A stretch of DNA of 64,000 nucleotides from Mustelus asterias. Its lineage: Eukaryota. Position 1 is the first letter of the stretch. Each line of letters begins with the position of its first letter. The position numbers and the translations under genes are program-made. The notes beneath the pieces are model-generated. The model was given only the letters and a program-made list of their open reading frames with translations. It ran no database searches and was not told the origin of the DNA. The stretch lies in NCBI RefSeq assembly GCF_964213995.1, contig NC_135808.1:13516001-13580000 (forward strand). The letters are read 5' to 3'. Below are positions 37,571 through 49,924 of the stretch, in pieces.

Positions 37571-38009
37571 TTGTTTGGTTGGGAGATTTCATATAATTGT
37601 TAAGGTTATACAATATCATCGTTGTTTCTTTCTCGAGTTTGCAATTGGTAAAAGTTATTGCTATGTTAACTATATTCTTAAATAATCTTTGTTTGATAAA
37701 AGCTCCCTAGTGGGTCATTCGAATCATACCTGAAGTGAAACATCTCATGCTCGCCCGTGGCAAATTCAAATTGGAAAACTTATGATCCAGGCAGACTTCG
37801 TAAAACATTTTGGAGTTTCTGATGTGAATTATAACAATGTGAAAATCCCGCCATCCCAGGAACAAGTCTGGTGAACCTTCACTGCAATCCTTCCATGGCA
37901 ATAATATTCCGAAGGCAAAGGGATCAAAATTGCACACAGTACTGTGGGCGTGGTCTAACCGAGGATCTATATAGCAGGACTATATAGCAGGGGATCTATA
38001 CAGCAGGAC

Positions 38010-38255
38010 TTTTGTTAATGCATTCAAGGGATGCGGGCATCGCTGGCTCGGCAGCATTCATTACCCATCCCTAATTGCCCCTGAGAAGGTGGTGGTGAGC
38101 TGCCTTCTTGAACCACTGCAGTCCCTGTGATGTAGCTACACCCACAGTGCTGTTCGGGAGGGAGTTCCAGAATTTTGACCCACTGATTGTGAAAGAACGG
38201 TGATATATTTCCAAGTCAGAACGGTGAGTGTCTTGGAGCGGAACTTGTAGGTTGT
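38010..38255 (-). mobile_element. 3' end of the LINE partner of SINE family 2
   Basis: Reverse complement of the 58870-59175 type sequence. Confidence 0.7.
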
Positions 38256-38619
38256 GGCATCGAGAGAGGAAATTCCCCCTTTCTCTATCTTAAATGGGAG
38301 CCCCCTTATTGAAATTGTGCTCTCTAATTCTAGATTCTCGCACGAGGGGAAACGTCCTTACAATTACTTACCCTGTCAATTCCACCCAGAATCCTGTATA
38401 CTTCAACAAGATGATACCTCTAACAACTGTCATGCTGCCCTAAACTATTCATTATTGGCCTTAACTTTCCGTTGCTAGTTCAATGATGAATTAATGCAGC
38501 AATTTCATGGTGAGGTTAAATGTGAGCTGTTGTTATCACAAGGCGAATAGTGGAATCATTCAGCAACATGGAAAGGTTCACAATGCATCGTGTGTTCTTC
38601 CTTATCGTAAGATGCCCCC

Positions 38620-40840
38620 CCCACAGCCCCCACCCCATACCATGCAGGCATGAGGGTGACACAATCCGATCTCCGGACTCCCCAGAGCTCTCCCTCCCCT
38701 CTGAGGCCCCACACATCCCCCCTCCCCTCCTCCCTCAGACCCCCCCACAGTCCCCCTCAGCTCCCCTCCTCCCTCAGACCCCCCACAGTCCCCCTCCCAC
38801 CAGACGCCTACTCCACCCCCTCAGACCCCCACTCAGCCCCCCTCCCCCCTCAGACACCCCACTCAGCCACTCAACCCCCCTCCCCATGCCAGCCCCCTCC
38901 CCCTCCCACTCCCTCTTCCCCTCTCAGACCCAGCACAGTCCACCATTTACCCTCAACACCCCACTCAGCCCCACACCCCCTCAGGCCACCCACTCAGCCC
39001 CACACCCCCCTCAGACCACCCACTCAGCTCCTCCTTTCAGACCCACCCACTCAGACCTCATCTCCCCTCAAATCACTCCCCCCTCAGCCCCACTCCCCTC
39101 AGCCCCACTCCCCCTCAGCCCCACTCCCCCTCAGCCCCACTCCCCCTCAGCCCCACTCCCCCTCAGCCCCACTCCCCCCCTCAGACTCCCACTCAGACCA
39201 CCCAACTCAGGCCCCTCCCCCTTCAGAACCCACTTGAAGGCCATGCACCTTAGCAGTGCCATCAGTGCACTGCTGCCTGCCACCCTGGCATTAGCACCCT
39301 GTCCAGGCACATTGGGCCCGAAGAAGGGTCAAGGAGGTAGTTCCAATGGCCATTTGGCCGTCTGTCGCTGTCAGGCATCAGAGAAAGGGTCCCTCCAGAG
39401 TCTGAGGGGTTGGGTTGGCTCTGATTGGGGGCAGGTTATTGACCTCACCACTCTCCACTGGGATGGGGGTGTCACAGCTGGACTGCCCCTTTAAGCCCTG
39501 GCAGACATCCCCTGGCTTGGTGATTTCAGGCAGCCCTGTGATCAACATCCGCAATCCCCACGACAGCTGTAAATAATTTCAAAGTGGCCAGGTCACTCCA
39601 GCTGTGAACTCAGCCCCAACGTATGCAAACAGCTTTGATTTGAAGATCCTGAGGCTTCCTAGCGAGCTGAAACCTTTGAAACCCTCTCTGTTCCATTGGA
39701 ATATCTTGTTCTGTCATTTTCAAAGTTCAGCACTGTGCGAGAGGCTGCGATTGACAGCTGTGTTCATTGACCTTTTCCTCCACGCTTGAATGCATCTCAA
39801 AACCTCCATTGATCCCAACTGCAATGTTTACAAAGATTCAGAGCTTGATTGACAGCCTGTGGTTTCTACAGAAGGAATAAGTGTTCTCGCTTATCGGGAA
39901 GCCTCTGAAATTTCAAATCAAAGCTGTGTGCATACACTGGGACTGAGTGCACAGCTGTGAAAAAAGGCACCCAGCCCCCAGTGCATTCCCCCCCTCCCCC
40001 CCCCCCCCCCCCCCGCCCCTGCCACCGCCACCCCCCTCCACTTGTGGAAATTGACTTCTCCGCTCCTAACACCCAGGACCCTTGAGGGATCCTTCCTCTG
40101 CAGCCTGGGAGTAGCAGAGGGGCAAATGGCCACTGGACTTTCTCCTTGACCCCCTTCGGGGCCAGAGGAACCAGACTAGGGTGCCAGTGTCAGGGTGGCA
40201 GGGGTAGTCCTCTGATGGCACTGCCAAGGTGAATGGCCTGAATGGGGGTGGGGCCTGAGTGGGGGAGTATGAGGGGTCAGAGTGGGCGCAGAGTGCTGAG
40301 GAACGATATGAGGAGGGGAAGGGGGCCTGTGTTGGGTGCCGGAGGGGGAGATCAGTTGATTGGGGAAGGAGTGCTGAGGGGGTCTGGGGGGGAGGGGGGC
40401 CTGAGTGGGGAAGGAGTGCTGAGGGGGGTCTATGGGGGGGTGGGTGAGAGGATGCCTGAGTGGGGGGGCGGAGGGTTGGGTCACTCTCATGCCTGAATGG
40501 TGTGGAGGGGAGGATGCCCCTCTTTGCTGAGGGATTGGTGGTGCTCCCCTGGACCCTCGGGGTCCAGCACACCATCTTTCCACTTGTGATTGGCAACAGT
40601 TAAGCCCACCCAGTGCAGTCCCCACTGGACGGGGCCGGGTGCATGGCTTGTGAATAGGCTTTCAAACCGGCTAATGGTGTTACAGTTGTGGATGGTAATC
40701 CAATCACGGTGGGCAGTGCAGGTTGGATGAATCCCAATTGCCTTGTTGCCTGTTTGGAATCCTGTTTTTTGGCCGATGCCCCATTTTGTGGGTCATCGGG
40801 ATCCCCACAAGTTGTTTCACGAGGCTGGAGAATCCCGGTC
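38620..40840. mobile_element. Large foldback (long inverted-arm) non-autonomous element with C-rich and G-rich repeats in the arms
   Basis: Three homologous blocks in mirror order (see findings); 16-bp ccccactccccctcag repeats at 39075-39185. Confidence 0.6.
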
Positions 40841-40849
40841 AGAATTATT

Positions 40850-41185
40850 TTTATTCATCTGTGGGACATGGGCGTCACTCGCTGGCCAGCATTTACTGCC
40901 CATCCTTAGTTGCCCTTGGAGGGCAGTTGAGAGTCAACCACATTGCTGTGGCTCTGGAGTCACATGTAGGCCAGACCGGGTAAGGATGGCAGATTTCCTT
41001 CCCTAAAGGGCATTAATGTCCCAGATGGGTTTTTGCTTTCAGTAAATCCTTAATTCCAGATATTTTTTATTGAATTCAAATTCCACCATCTGCTGTGGCG
41101 GGATTCGAACCCGGGTCCCCAGAACATTAGCTGAGTTTCTGGATTAATAGTGTAGTGATAATACCACTAGGCCATCGCCTCCCCT
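40850..41185 (-). mobile_element. SINE family 2
   Basis: Reverse complement homologue of 20514-20865. Confidence 0.88.
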
Positions 41186-41238
41186 TGTTCATTGGTAATA
41201 AGGCCTTTTGTTCTTAAGCCTCATTGAGTCACCCTTGA

Positions 41239-41244
41239 TTTATT
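41239..41244 (-). promoter_or_regulatory. Possible polyadenylation signal (AATAAA) of the Ig receptor gene
   Basis: AATAAA on the minus strand about 1.4 kb downstream of the stop, at the end of a mostly unique stretch; positional argument only. Confidence 0.3.
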
Positions 41245-41952
41245 ACAATTATTATGTAATTATATACAACTGAGAGTCAATTTCAGATACAGGACTCAGA
41301 GAGAGAGGGGGAGGGGGCTGATCCAATCAAAAAAACATGCTCAGGTACAATATTAATATTGTTAATGCTGGTGATCATTTCTTTGTTCAGTCTCATGCAG
41401 ATACAAAGTAGGAAAGTTATTTTGCTCCATGCCATTCGCTCAGAGCTCCTCCAGCTCCTGCTCCAGAGTCCAATGGAAGACTTAACAGCCTCAGATGTTG
41501 GATGAACTGCCTATACTCCTGTCCAGTTATCAATGGAGTAGAACATTGTACGAGGGGTGCTATAAGGATAGTATTTGCAATATCAGCCATTTGACGCCAA
41601 CCAAAAGTTACGATTTCCCCCGTTGAAACTGAATAGAATAGTGGTGAGGATCGTTACACTTCCAAGCAGAACGACTGGATGTAAGACTGGGAGATGGGAG
41701 ATGATCTCGCTCACTGTTCGTGCAGGGACTGACTGAGAGCTTAGGAAGAGCAAGTGTCAGAAACTCCTGCTCCTTCTGCTAACTGGGCCGTGAATGATTC
41801 CGCGGATAATGTGAAATGAGAGCTGGAGCTCCCTGTCACACCTCTCCTGATTTTTACTTCATTGGAGTTAATGGGGAGAGAGGAGGCAGACTTCCTGTCA
41901 CCTGATCATCGTGCCCCTCTCCCCGACCCCCCCACTATGCTGAGAGATATCA

Positions 41953-42275
41953 GGGTGGCACTATTGCACAGTGGTTAGCACTGCTGCCTCACAGCGCCAG
42001 GAACCCGGGTTCGATTCCAGCCTCGGGTAACTGTGTGGAGTTTGCACGTTCTCCCCGTGTCTGCGTGGGTTTCCTCCGGGTACTCCAGTTTCCTTCCACA
42101 GTCCAAAGATGTGCATGTCAGGTGGATTGGCCATGCTAAATTGCCCCTCTGTCAGGGACTGGCAGGGTAAATACGTATGGTTACGGGGCTAGGGCCTGGG
42201 TGGGATGGTTGTTGGTGCAGGCTGGATGGGCTGAATGGCCTCCTTCTGCACCGTAGGGATTCTATGAATCTATGA
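41953..42275 (+). mobile_element. HE1/V-SINE type A, antisense within the putative 3' UTR of the Ig receptor
   Basis: Head, core and tail recognisable. Confidence 0.9.
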
Positions 42276-42616
42276 TCATGGCCATAGAGGCCCCGATACT
42301 GTGACTAAATTCTGAGGAACCTCAGGGTCCCTGGCTATGTGCTATTATCACATTGTTACATTCCAGGGACTGTCGGGATCCTTTCACTGGATCTGCTCAA
42401 GATTCCTGACTACATTTGGTACTTGTTTGCACAGTGTATCCCGAGGAAGACCCCTCTTTGGACCTGCATGAGGTCCTGTAATGTTCCATAGAGTTCAAGA
42501 CCGTTAATGTCAGGCTAATCGTCACATGTCTGCCTCCCGCAGCCCACTGTCCATCTTTTCCTGCTGAGTGATGGATGTTGATCCAGTTTCCTGTTAAACT
42601 CTTAACCTCAGGCACT

Positions 42617-42754
42617 TCAGCTGCAGTCTGTCCTCTGTGCTAAAGCGTATATGGTCTCTTGAGGTCTCACATGTGTGTTAGGATGCAGTCTGGGCCCAGA
42701 CCACTGTAGAAAGGAGTATGTGAGCTCGCTGCCGTTCGATAGGGATCCCTCATT
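42617..42754 (-). CDS. Terminal coding exon with ITIM (LTYSFL) and ITSM-like (TIYALA) motifs
   Basis: Acceptor tcttttctgttctgtgcag|, phase 0; NEGSLSNGSELTYSFLQWSGPRLHPNTHVRPQETIYALAQRTDCS then TGA at 42619-42617. Confidence 0.85.
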   Translation of the reverse strand, partial: NEGSLSNGSELTYSFLQWSGPRLHPNTHVRPQETIYALAQRTDCS

Positions 42755-43090
42755 CTGCACAGAACAGAAAAGACCAGTTTATAGCAAGTGAAAAATAAAA
42801 AGCAGAGAAAGAAAACCATTGAAAATACACAACAGGTTAGTGAGCATCTACAGGGAGAAGGAGAGGTCTCTGTTTCAGTTCATGCTTTCTCTTCCTGAAA
42901 CTCCGATGTGGAAAGCTTTCGAACAAGACAGTAAAAATGGCTTAGATTTTAGTTGCCTGTTCCTGTGAGGAACACTTGGAACAGGATGAGGCCATTCAGC
43001 CCCAGGGTCTGTTCAATGAGATCATGGCTAATCTGCGTTCCAACTCCATTTACTTTTCTCCATATCTCTCCACGCCCTTACACAACAGAG

Positions 43091-43423
43091 ATCATAGAAT
43101 CATAGAATCCTACAGTGCAGAAGGAGGCCATTCGGCCCATCGAGTCTGCACCAAACACAATCCCACCCAGGCCCTATATCCGTAACCCCCATGCATTTAC
43201 CCTAGCTAGTCCCCCTGACACTAAGGGCAATTTAGCACGGCCAATCCGCCAAACCCGCACACTTTTGGAGTGTGGGAGGAAACCGGAGCACCCGGAGGAA
43301 ACCCAATCAGACACGGGGAGAATGTGCAGATTCTGCACAGACAGTGACCTAAGTCGGGATTCGAACCCGGGTCCCTGGCACTGTGAGGCAGCTGTGCTAA
43401 CCACTGTGCCACCGTGCCGCCCC
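43091..43423 (-). mobile_element. HE1/V-SINE type A (intronic)
   Basis: Full-length copy. Confidence 0.92.
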
Positions 43424-43869
43424 AAAGATCACTCCAATAAAAACAGAAAATGCAGGATCAGTGGAGAGAGAGAAACAGTTAACATTTTGAATCCGTTTCC
43501 CTCTTCTTCAAATCTCTCCATCCCGGTCTTGAAAACACCAATTGATTTCAACATCCTGTCTCACGCTGATTTTGGTTGACGTAAATATTGGTCAGGCCAC
43601 TGGGTGGAAATTCCCTGCTTTTTTTCCTAAAACAGTACTGTTATAAAACAGTTTAACCACTCAGTCAGCTTGCCTGTCTGTTGGAGCGCGCTTTGCATAA
43701 ATTTGGCTGCCACATTTCCTACACTATTAGAGACAATATACCTCATAAATGCCTCCTGGCACTGCTTGGGAGGTCTTATTTACACAATGTGTTCACGCAG
43801 GTGGTGATATCATTAAATGCTGTCAGGAACTAAGCTCAATTAATTGATAGAGATCAGTGACAGATACCA

Positions 43870-44199
43870 CAGAATCCCTGCAGTGCAAAAAGAGGCCATT
43901 CGGCCCATCGAGTCTGCACCCACTCTCTGAAAGAGCAACCCACGCGATCCCTGTAATCCCACGCATTTTTCCATGGCCAATCCACATAACCTACACATCT
44001 TAGAACACGAAGAGAGAATTCAACGTGGCCAATCCACTTAACCCGCACATCTTTGGACTGTGGGAGGAAACCAGAGCACCTGGAGGAAACCCACGCAGAC
44101 ACAGGGAGAACATACAAATTCCACACAGACAGTCACCCGAGGCCGGAATTGAACCGAGGTCCCTGGCACTATGAGGCAGCAGTGCTAACCACTGTGCCA
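43870..44199 (-). mobile_element. HE1/V-SINE type A (intronic)
   Basis: Near full-length copy. Confidence 0.9.
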
Positions 44200-44887
44200 T
44201 TTGCTATTCCCATGCTTTCTGTCAGAGCAAAGGCATTAGATCAAGATGTCTGACATTTTCAGTGATGAGACAGTGTGGGGAGAGTCCTCATTACATCTAA
44301 CGCAGGAAAGTTTTCAAACAACCATAACAAATCGCTGAAAGCAGATGTGTCGGGGATTAGTGTCATGAACCGAGCAAGATGGTTTCTTTTAGTTCGAGAA
44401 TTGGAAAGTCTAAGATGGAGTGCAGATCAGCCTTTGGCAGCACCAGTTTCCAGAACAATTTGGATTCATTCCAAAAATCACTTCTTATTGCTTTTTATAT
44501 TTCAATATCTATTGTCAAGCATAATTCCACTGCAGCTTATGACTTCCAATTGTGCCACTTAGAATCACTGGCCTAGTCATTCAGAGAGGCTAAAAATCTG
44601 GGAGTGCTAGTTCGAATCCTATCACATTAATTGGTGGAACTTAAATTGAATTCATGAATGAATTATTCAGCCAGAATTTGTTCCCTCTCTGAGAGAAATA
44701 GATAGATTTAGTAGTAAGAAATCAAAACCTTCAAGAGAAAAGTGTAGACAATTAACAAGTGAAATTTCTATAATGTGAAACACCGTGATGGGTCAGATCT
44801 GATGCTTTTTGTGACAATTGACAAGATTTACCTTCCCTATTTTCCTTTGCAAGAACCTTGACTCACAATAACCCAGTCCCTTCTTAC

Positions 44888-44967
44888 CTCAGCCAAGTCT
44901 TGTCTTGTTTCGCCAATAGGCTGAGCAGATATTTCCATGAGAGCCAAATCCTGTTGTCGCTGGCAAC
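44888..44967 (-). CDS. Short cytoplasmic exon of the Ig receptor
   Basis: Acceptor tgtttcaattcag| and donor GAG|gtaaga; 80 bp, phase 1 to 0, which bridges the TM exon to the last exon: GCQRQQDLALMEISAQPIGETRQDLAE. Confidence 0.8.
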
Positions 44968-45119
44968 CTGAATTGAAACACTCAATCAGTAACAGAATTG
45001 TTTACACTGTGTGTGAAAGATAAAATGCAAAGCTATTTAAAACACGATGAAGAGACAACAGGAAGAGCCTGCTAATGCTTTTAAATTGGACACTGCAAGC
45101 TCCAATTTTGTATTTAGTT

Positions 45120-45900
45120 CAAAGAACAAAGAAAGTTACAACATAGGAACAGGCCCTTCGGCCCTCCAAGCCTGCACCGACCATGCTGCCCAACTGAACT
45201 AACACCCCTACCCTTCCAGGGACCATATCCCTCCATTCCCATCCTATTCATATATTTGTCCAGACGCCCTTTAAAAGTCACTATCGTATCTGCTTCCACT
45301 ACCTCCCCCGGCAACGAGTTCCAGGCACCCACCACCGTGTGTGTAAAAATACTTGCCTCGTACATCCCCTTTAAACCTTGCCCCTCGCACCTTAAACCTA
45401 TGCCCCCTAGTAATTGACTCTTCCACCCTGGGAAAAAAGCTTCTGACTATCCACTCTGTCCATGCTCCTCATAATCTTGTAGACGTCTATCAGGTCGCTC
45501 CCCTCAACCTTCATCGTACCAGTGAGAACAAACCAAGTTACTCCAACCTCTCCTCATAGCTAATGCCCTCCATACCAGGGAACATCCTGGTAAATCCTTT
45601 CTGTACCCTCTCCAAAGCCTCCACGTCCTTCTGGTAGTGTGGCGACCAGAATTGAACACTATATTTCAAGTGCGGCCTAACTAAGGTTCTATGAAGCTGA
45701 AACATGACTTGCCAATTTTTAAACTCAATGTCCTGGCCGATGAAGGTAAGCATGCCGTATGCCTTCTTGACTACCTTCTCCACAAGCGTTGCCACTTTCA
45801 CTGATCTGTGTACCTGTACACCCTTTGCCTATCAATACTCTGAAGGGTTCTGCCATTTACTGTATATTTCCCATCTGTATTGGACCTTCCAAAATGCATT
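45120..45900 (-). mobile_element. CR1 3' fragment
   Basis: LVRPHLKYSVQFWSPHYQKDVEALERVQK; CR1 tail. Confidence 0.9.
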
Positions 45901-46036
45901 AATAATTTGACTTATTTTGATTTTTTCACCATGAAGAGCATAGTCTGAGAATCTGACTGGTTAATTACAGACACCAAAGCCCCAATCCTTGAGTTTACAC
46001 TGACAGTTAGTGATTTAAAATCTGTAAAAGGAAACA

Positions 46037-46842
46037 CCCTGAGCAGACTGTCACTGTCATTTGGCAGAATGCCTCATCACCAGAACTCACAAACAAGCAC
46101 CAAGACCTGGCTTGGCTGGTGGTGAGAAGGGCACTCCCCGTCAGATCCTTTATGCACGCCCGAGGTCTCAACATCACCGCACGCTGCCCTCGAAGCGGCT
46201 GCGGGGGTGATGAGGCGGTCGCACACCTCCTTGTGGAATGTGCCTTTACAAAGAAGGTCTGGAGTGAGGTGTAGTGGTATTTGTCGCGGTTCGTCCCGAG
46301 CAGTTCGGTGACGCAGGACTCTGTGCTCTACGGGCTGTTTGCGGGGACGCACACCGAGACAAATATCAACTGCTGCTGGAGGGTCATCAACTCGGTGAAG
46401 GATGTGCTTTGGTCCGCCCAAAACACGCTGATCTTCCAGTTGAAAGATTTGTCCTCGACCGAGTGTTACAGACTGGCACATTCCAAGGTCCAGGACTACG
46501 TGCTGAGGGACGCGCTCAAGCTTGGGGCAGCCGCCGCAAAGGCACAATGGGGAAAGGCCACCGTGTAAAGCCTTTCAACCGAGGCAGACCGAGGGCCCGG
46601 TAACTGTAGAATGCCCTCGGCCTGCGTAACTGTGTGCCAACCTGAAAAATAACGGCACTCTGATGTATGTATATAGTTTTTAAGTACTGAAATGTAATTA
46701 ATGTAATGTCGTGTAAATAAGCATAGTATTGTACTGTAAAAATGATTCTTTTTGCACCAATTGTAATTTTTGGATCTGTTGTTTTGCAATGGTTTGTTTG
46801 AGAGTTTTTTTTATGAATAAAGTATATTTTTGAAATTTAAAA
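46037..46842 (+). mobile_element. Tx1/L1-clade LINE 3' end with zf-RVT-like region, poly(A) and 20-bp TSD
   Basis: IWQNASSPELTNKHQDLAWLVVRRALPVR...CPRSGCGGDEAVAHLLVEC; AATAAA plus A tail; aaaatctgtaaaaggaaaca at 46017-46036 and 46843-46862. Confidence 0.88.
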
Positions 46843-47175
46843 AAAATCTGTAAAAGGAAACAAAGTCCAGCCAGATTGTCAGAACTTCCAGGAGTTGATG
46901 AAATCATTCTACATATTGTGCACGCATTATTTAAAAACACACAAAAAAATTGGTGAGAGTTCAGAAAACCCCAAATTAAATCCCCCTGTTGGCCAATAAA
47001 CATGACATACGTTCGTGATGTAATTCTGCTTTTACATTTTAGAAGTATCATGAACATTGTAAATATGTAAACTCATGGTGCCAAGCACTGTAAATCATTA
47101 ATGCACGAGCAGTTATACAAATCAATGCTGTACGTCAATTAGTCATGGAAATCAATAGGTAGAACTGGCTAGTGC

Positions 47176-47490
47176 GCAGCACTGTGGCACAGTGGTTAGC
47201 ACTGCTGCCTCACAGCGCCAGAGACCCTCGTTCGATTCCCAGTTTGGGTCACTGTCTGTCTGGAGTTTGCACATTCTCCCCATGTCTGCATGGGTTTCCT
47301 CCGTGTGCTCTGGTTTCCTCGCACAGAGGAAAGACTGAAAGGCTTGCTGGTTAGGCACTTTGGCCATGCTAAATTCTCCCTCAGTGTACCCCAACAGGCG
47401 CCAGAATGTGGCGACTAGGGGATCTTCACAGTAACTTCATTGCAGTGTTAATGTAAGCCGACTTGCGACTCATAAATAAACTTTACTTTT
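47176..47490 (+). mobile_element. HE1/V-SINE type B
   Basis: Full-length copy. Confidence 0.9.
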
Positions 47491-47642
47491 AATGGCATAA
47501 ATAAATGGTTTGTGCCGATGAGTCCTTCAAATCAATGGTTTGCATTTGATTTGTCATTGAAAACAGTACGTTCACATCCAGAAATTGTGCAAATCAGTTG
47601 TTGCTGTCCAGCAATCATGTAAATCAATGACTCACGTCTATT

Positions 47643-47940
47643 GGGCGGCACGGTGGTGCAGTGGTTAGCACCGCTGCCTCGCAGTGCCAGGGACCCGTGT
47701 TTGATTCCCTGGGTCACTGTCTATATGGAGTCTGCACGTTCTCCCAGTGGGTTTCCTCTGGGTGCTCCGGTTTCCTCCCACAGTCTAAAAGACGTGTGGG
47801 TTAGGTGGATTGGCCAGGCTAAATTCTCCCCAGTATACCCGAACAGGTGCCGGAGTGTGGCGACTAGGGATTTTCACAGTCACTTCATTGCAGTGTTAAT
47901 GTAAGCCGACTTGTCACGGTAACAAATACATTTAAAACTT
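47643..47940 (+). mobile_element. HE1/V-SINE type B
   Basis: Full-length copy. Confidence 0.9.
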
Positions 47941-48359
47941 CAACTATTCCATTAGATAAATGTTTAAGGTCTCTACCAGACTGACAGAAAGCTGCCTTAT
48001 GTGAAATATTCATTCTTCTAGTAACAGGAATCTATCTTATTTCTTCATGACTGACTCCCTCTGCTGATAGACCTCTGCTACAAGCCATCATTCTATCACT
48101 GAACACCAGCTCACACTGAAGAGGATAATTAGATGGTGTAATGAGACAGATTGCAAACTACAATGGCAGCTAAAGTGTAACGTGTTTGGTCCATGCATTC
48201 TCCACCATTCAACCATTATCCCCAACTCTTCCTCCTTTCCCCAGAGGTGTCAGTGTGGAAAGAGAGCCCTCCATCCTGCCTGGAGACACTCAGAGAAATA
48301 ACTGGGATGGGGAGAAGGATTCGCAGAGCAGCACAAATCAGATACATGTGAAGTTGGAG

Positions 48360-48717
48360 TTTATTTTTGTCACAAGTAGGCCTACATTAACACTGCTATG
48401 AAGTTACTGTGAAAATCCCCTCGTTGCCACACTCCGGTGCCTGTTCGGGTACACTGAGGGAGAATTTAGCATGGCCAAAGCACCTAACTAGCACGTCTTT
48501 TGGACTGAGGAGGAAACCGGAGCACTCGGAGGAAACCCATTTAGCAATTCGACTTATTTTGATTTCTTCACCATGCATTTCCTGAGAATTTAGCATGGCC
48601 AATGCACTGAGTCGGCATGGAGACCGTGCAGACTCTGCACAGACAGTGACCCAATCTGGGAATTGAACCCGGGTCCCTGGTGCTGTGAGGCAACAGTGCC
48701 AACCATTGCACCACCGT
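48360..48717 (-). mobile_element. HE1/V-SINE type B, internally rearranged
   Basis: Duplicated gaatttagcatggccaa block and a foreign segment at about 48540-48585. Confidence 0.8.
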
Positions 48718-49066
48718 GGGGGCGGGGGGAGGATGCGGGCAGTGCAAGAATTGAATGTCCCACATTTTCCGGAATGGTAGTTTGGCCGTTGATTCATTCA
48801 GTGACTGGACTATAGTTTGTACTTTTGACTGTGATCAATACTGTAAAAACCAGTGATATGAAATTAACTGTCCAGTATATCCCTGTCCAACTTCCCTCAA
48901 TATTGAACTCAATAGAAGTGAAGATTGGACAGCCAGCTGAATCAAAATGACACATCTTAGTCCCTCGCCCATAGTTGAAATTTACCACCTATTAATCCAG
49001 CTGAAGCCACGATCAGGCCTCTTTCCCATCTAACAGTCAGTCCCATCAGTCAGAGCAGCCACATAC

Positions 49067-49225
49067 CTGTGTGTTTCTTGGTCATCAGCAAGTGCAAGCA
49101 GACGAGGATAATGAGGAGACTCACAGCAGCAGCAGAGACACCGATCATTATGACATTCTCCACCTTGCCAGTTGTTGTGCTTATATGTGTTGAGGCTGAA
49201 ACAGTAGCGGTAGACGTCTCGCTGT
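49067..49225 (-). CDS. Exon encoding Ser/Thr-rich stalk plus transmembrane helix of the Ig receptor
   Basis: Acceptor ttgttttgttacag| and donor CAG|gtatgt; 159 bp, phase 1-1, in frame with the IgV exon: DSETSTATVSASTHISTTTGKVENVIMIGVSAAAVSLLIILVCLHLLMTKKHT (hydrophobic run followed by KK stop-transfer). Confidence 0.88.
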
Positions 49226-49605
49226 CTGTAACAAAACAATTTGATTATTCTAACAATAGAGACCCAAAAAAGCCAGAATTTAAGTAGAAATGGCCATTGG
49301 TCTAATAATTGACAATGACATTATTTATAGTTAAACCCAATTAACATTTGAACATTGGAGTTAGTTTGATTTTTTCAAAATGAAATAGAAGTATGAAAAC
49401 AAAATTAAAAATACGTTGGACATGTGCAGTGATACAACATGGGCAGAATTTTATTAAGCACCCATTATATAGCCTGCCCCATACTCTGTATGTATTGGAT
49501 TCAATTGTATCTCCTCCAGTCCCTTTATGTTCTCTTTTATAACATGGAGATCAGAACTGTTTACAATCCTCCAAATGTGGTGTAACCAAGACTCTGTCCA
49601 AATTT

Positions 49606-49924
49606 CATAGAATCCCTGCAGTGCACAAGGAGGCCATTTGGCCCATCAGGTCTACACCAACACCAATCCCACCCAGGCCCTATCCCTGTCAACCCACATA
49701 TTTACCCTGCTCATCCCTCTAACCAACACGTCCCAGGACACTAAGGGGCAATTTAGCAAGGTCAATCACCTGACCCACGTATCTTTGGAGTGTGGGAGGA
49801 AATCTATGCAGACATGGGGAGAATGTGCAAATTCCGCACAGACAGTGACTCAAGCCAGGAATCGAACCCAGCTCCCTGGAGCTGTGTGGCAGCAGTGCTA
49901 ACCACTGTGCCACCGTGCTGCCCC
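49606..49924 (-). mobile_element. HE1/V-SINE type A
   Basis: Full-length copy. Confidence 0.88.

Larger units (their letters stand above)
34791..37836 (+). mobile_element. Probable solo LTR (TG...CA) carrying nested Penelope and CR1 insertions
   Basis: Begins tgtgatg, ends ataaca; 3' part matches 17780-18102; left boundary is inferred. Confidence 0.5.

Noticed and set aside
38550-39494. 314-aa and 195-aa Pro-rich ORFs
   Set aside because: By-products of C-rich tandem repeats that lack stop codons.
42397-42615. 72-aa ORF right after the receptor stop codon
   Set aside because: GTG start and no motif; best explained as 3' UTR.
48794-48988. ORF containing FNYGRGTK, resembling an antigen-receptor J segment
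   Set aside because: No recombination signal heptamer/nonamer upstream and no proper donor after the motif.
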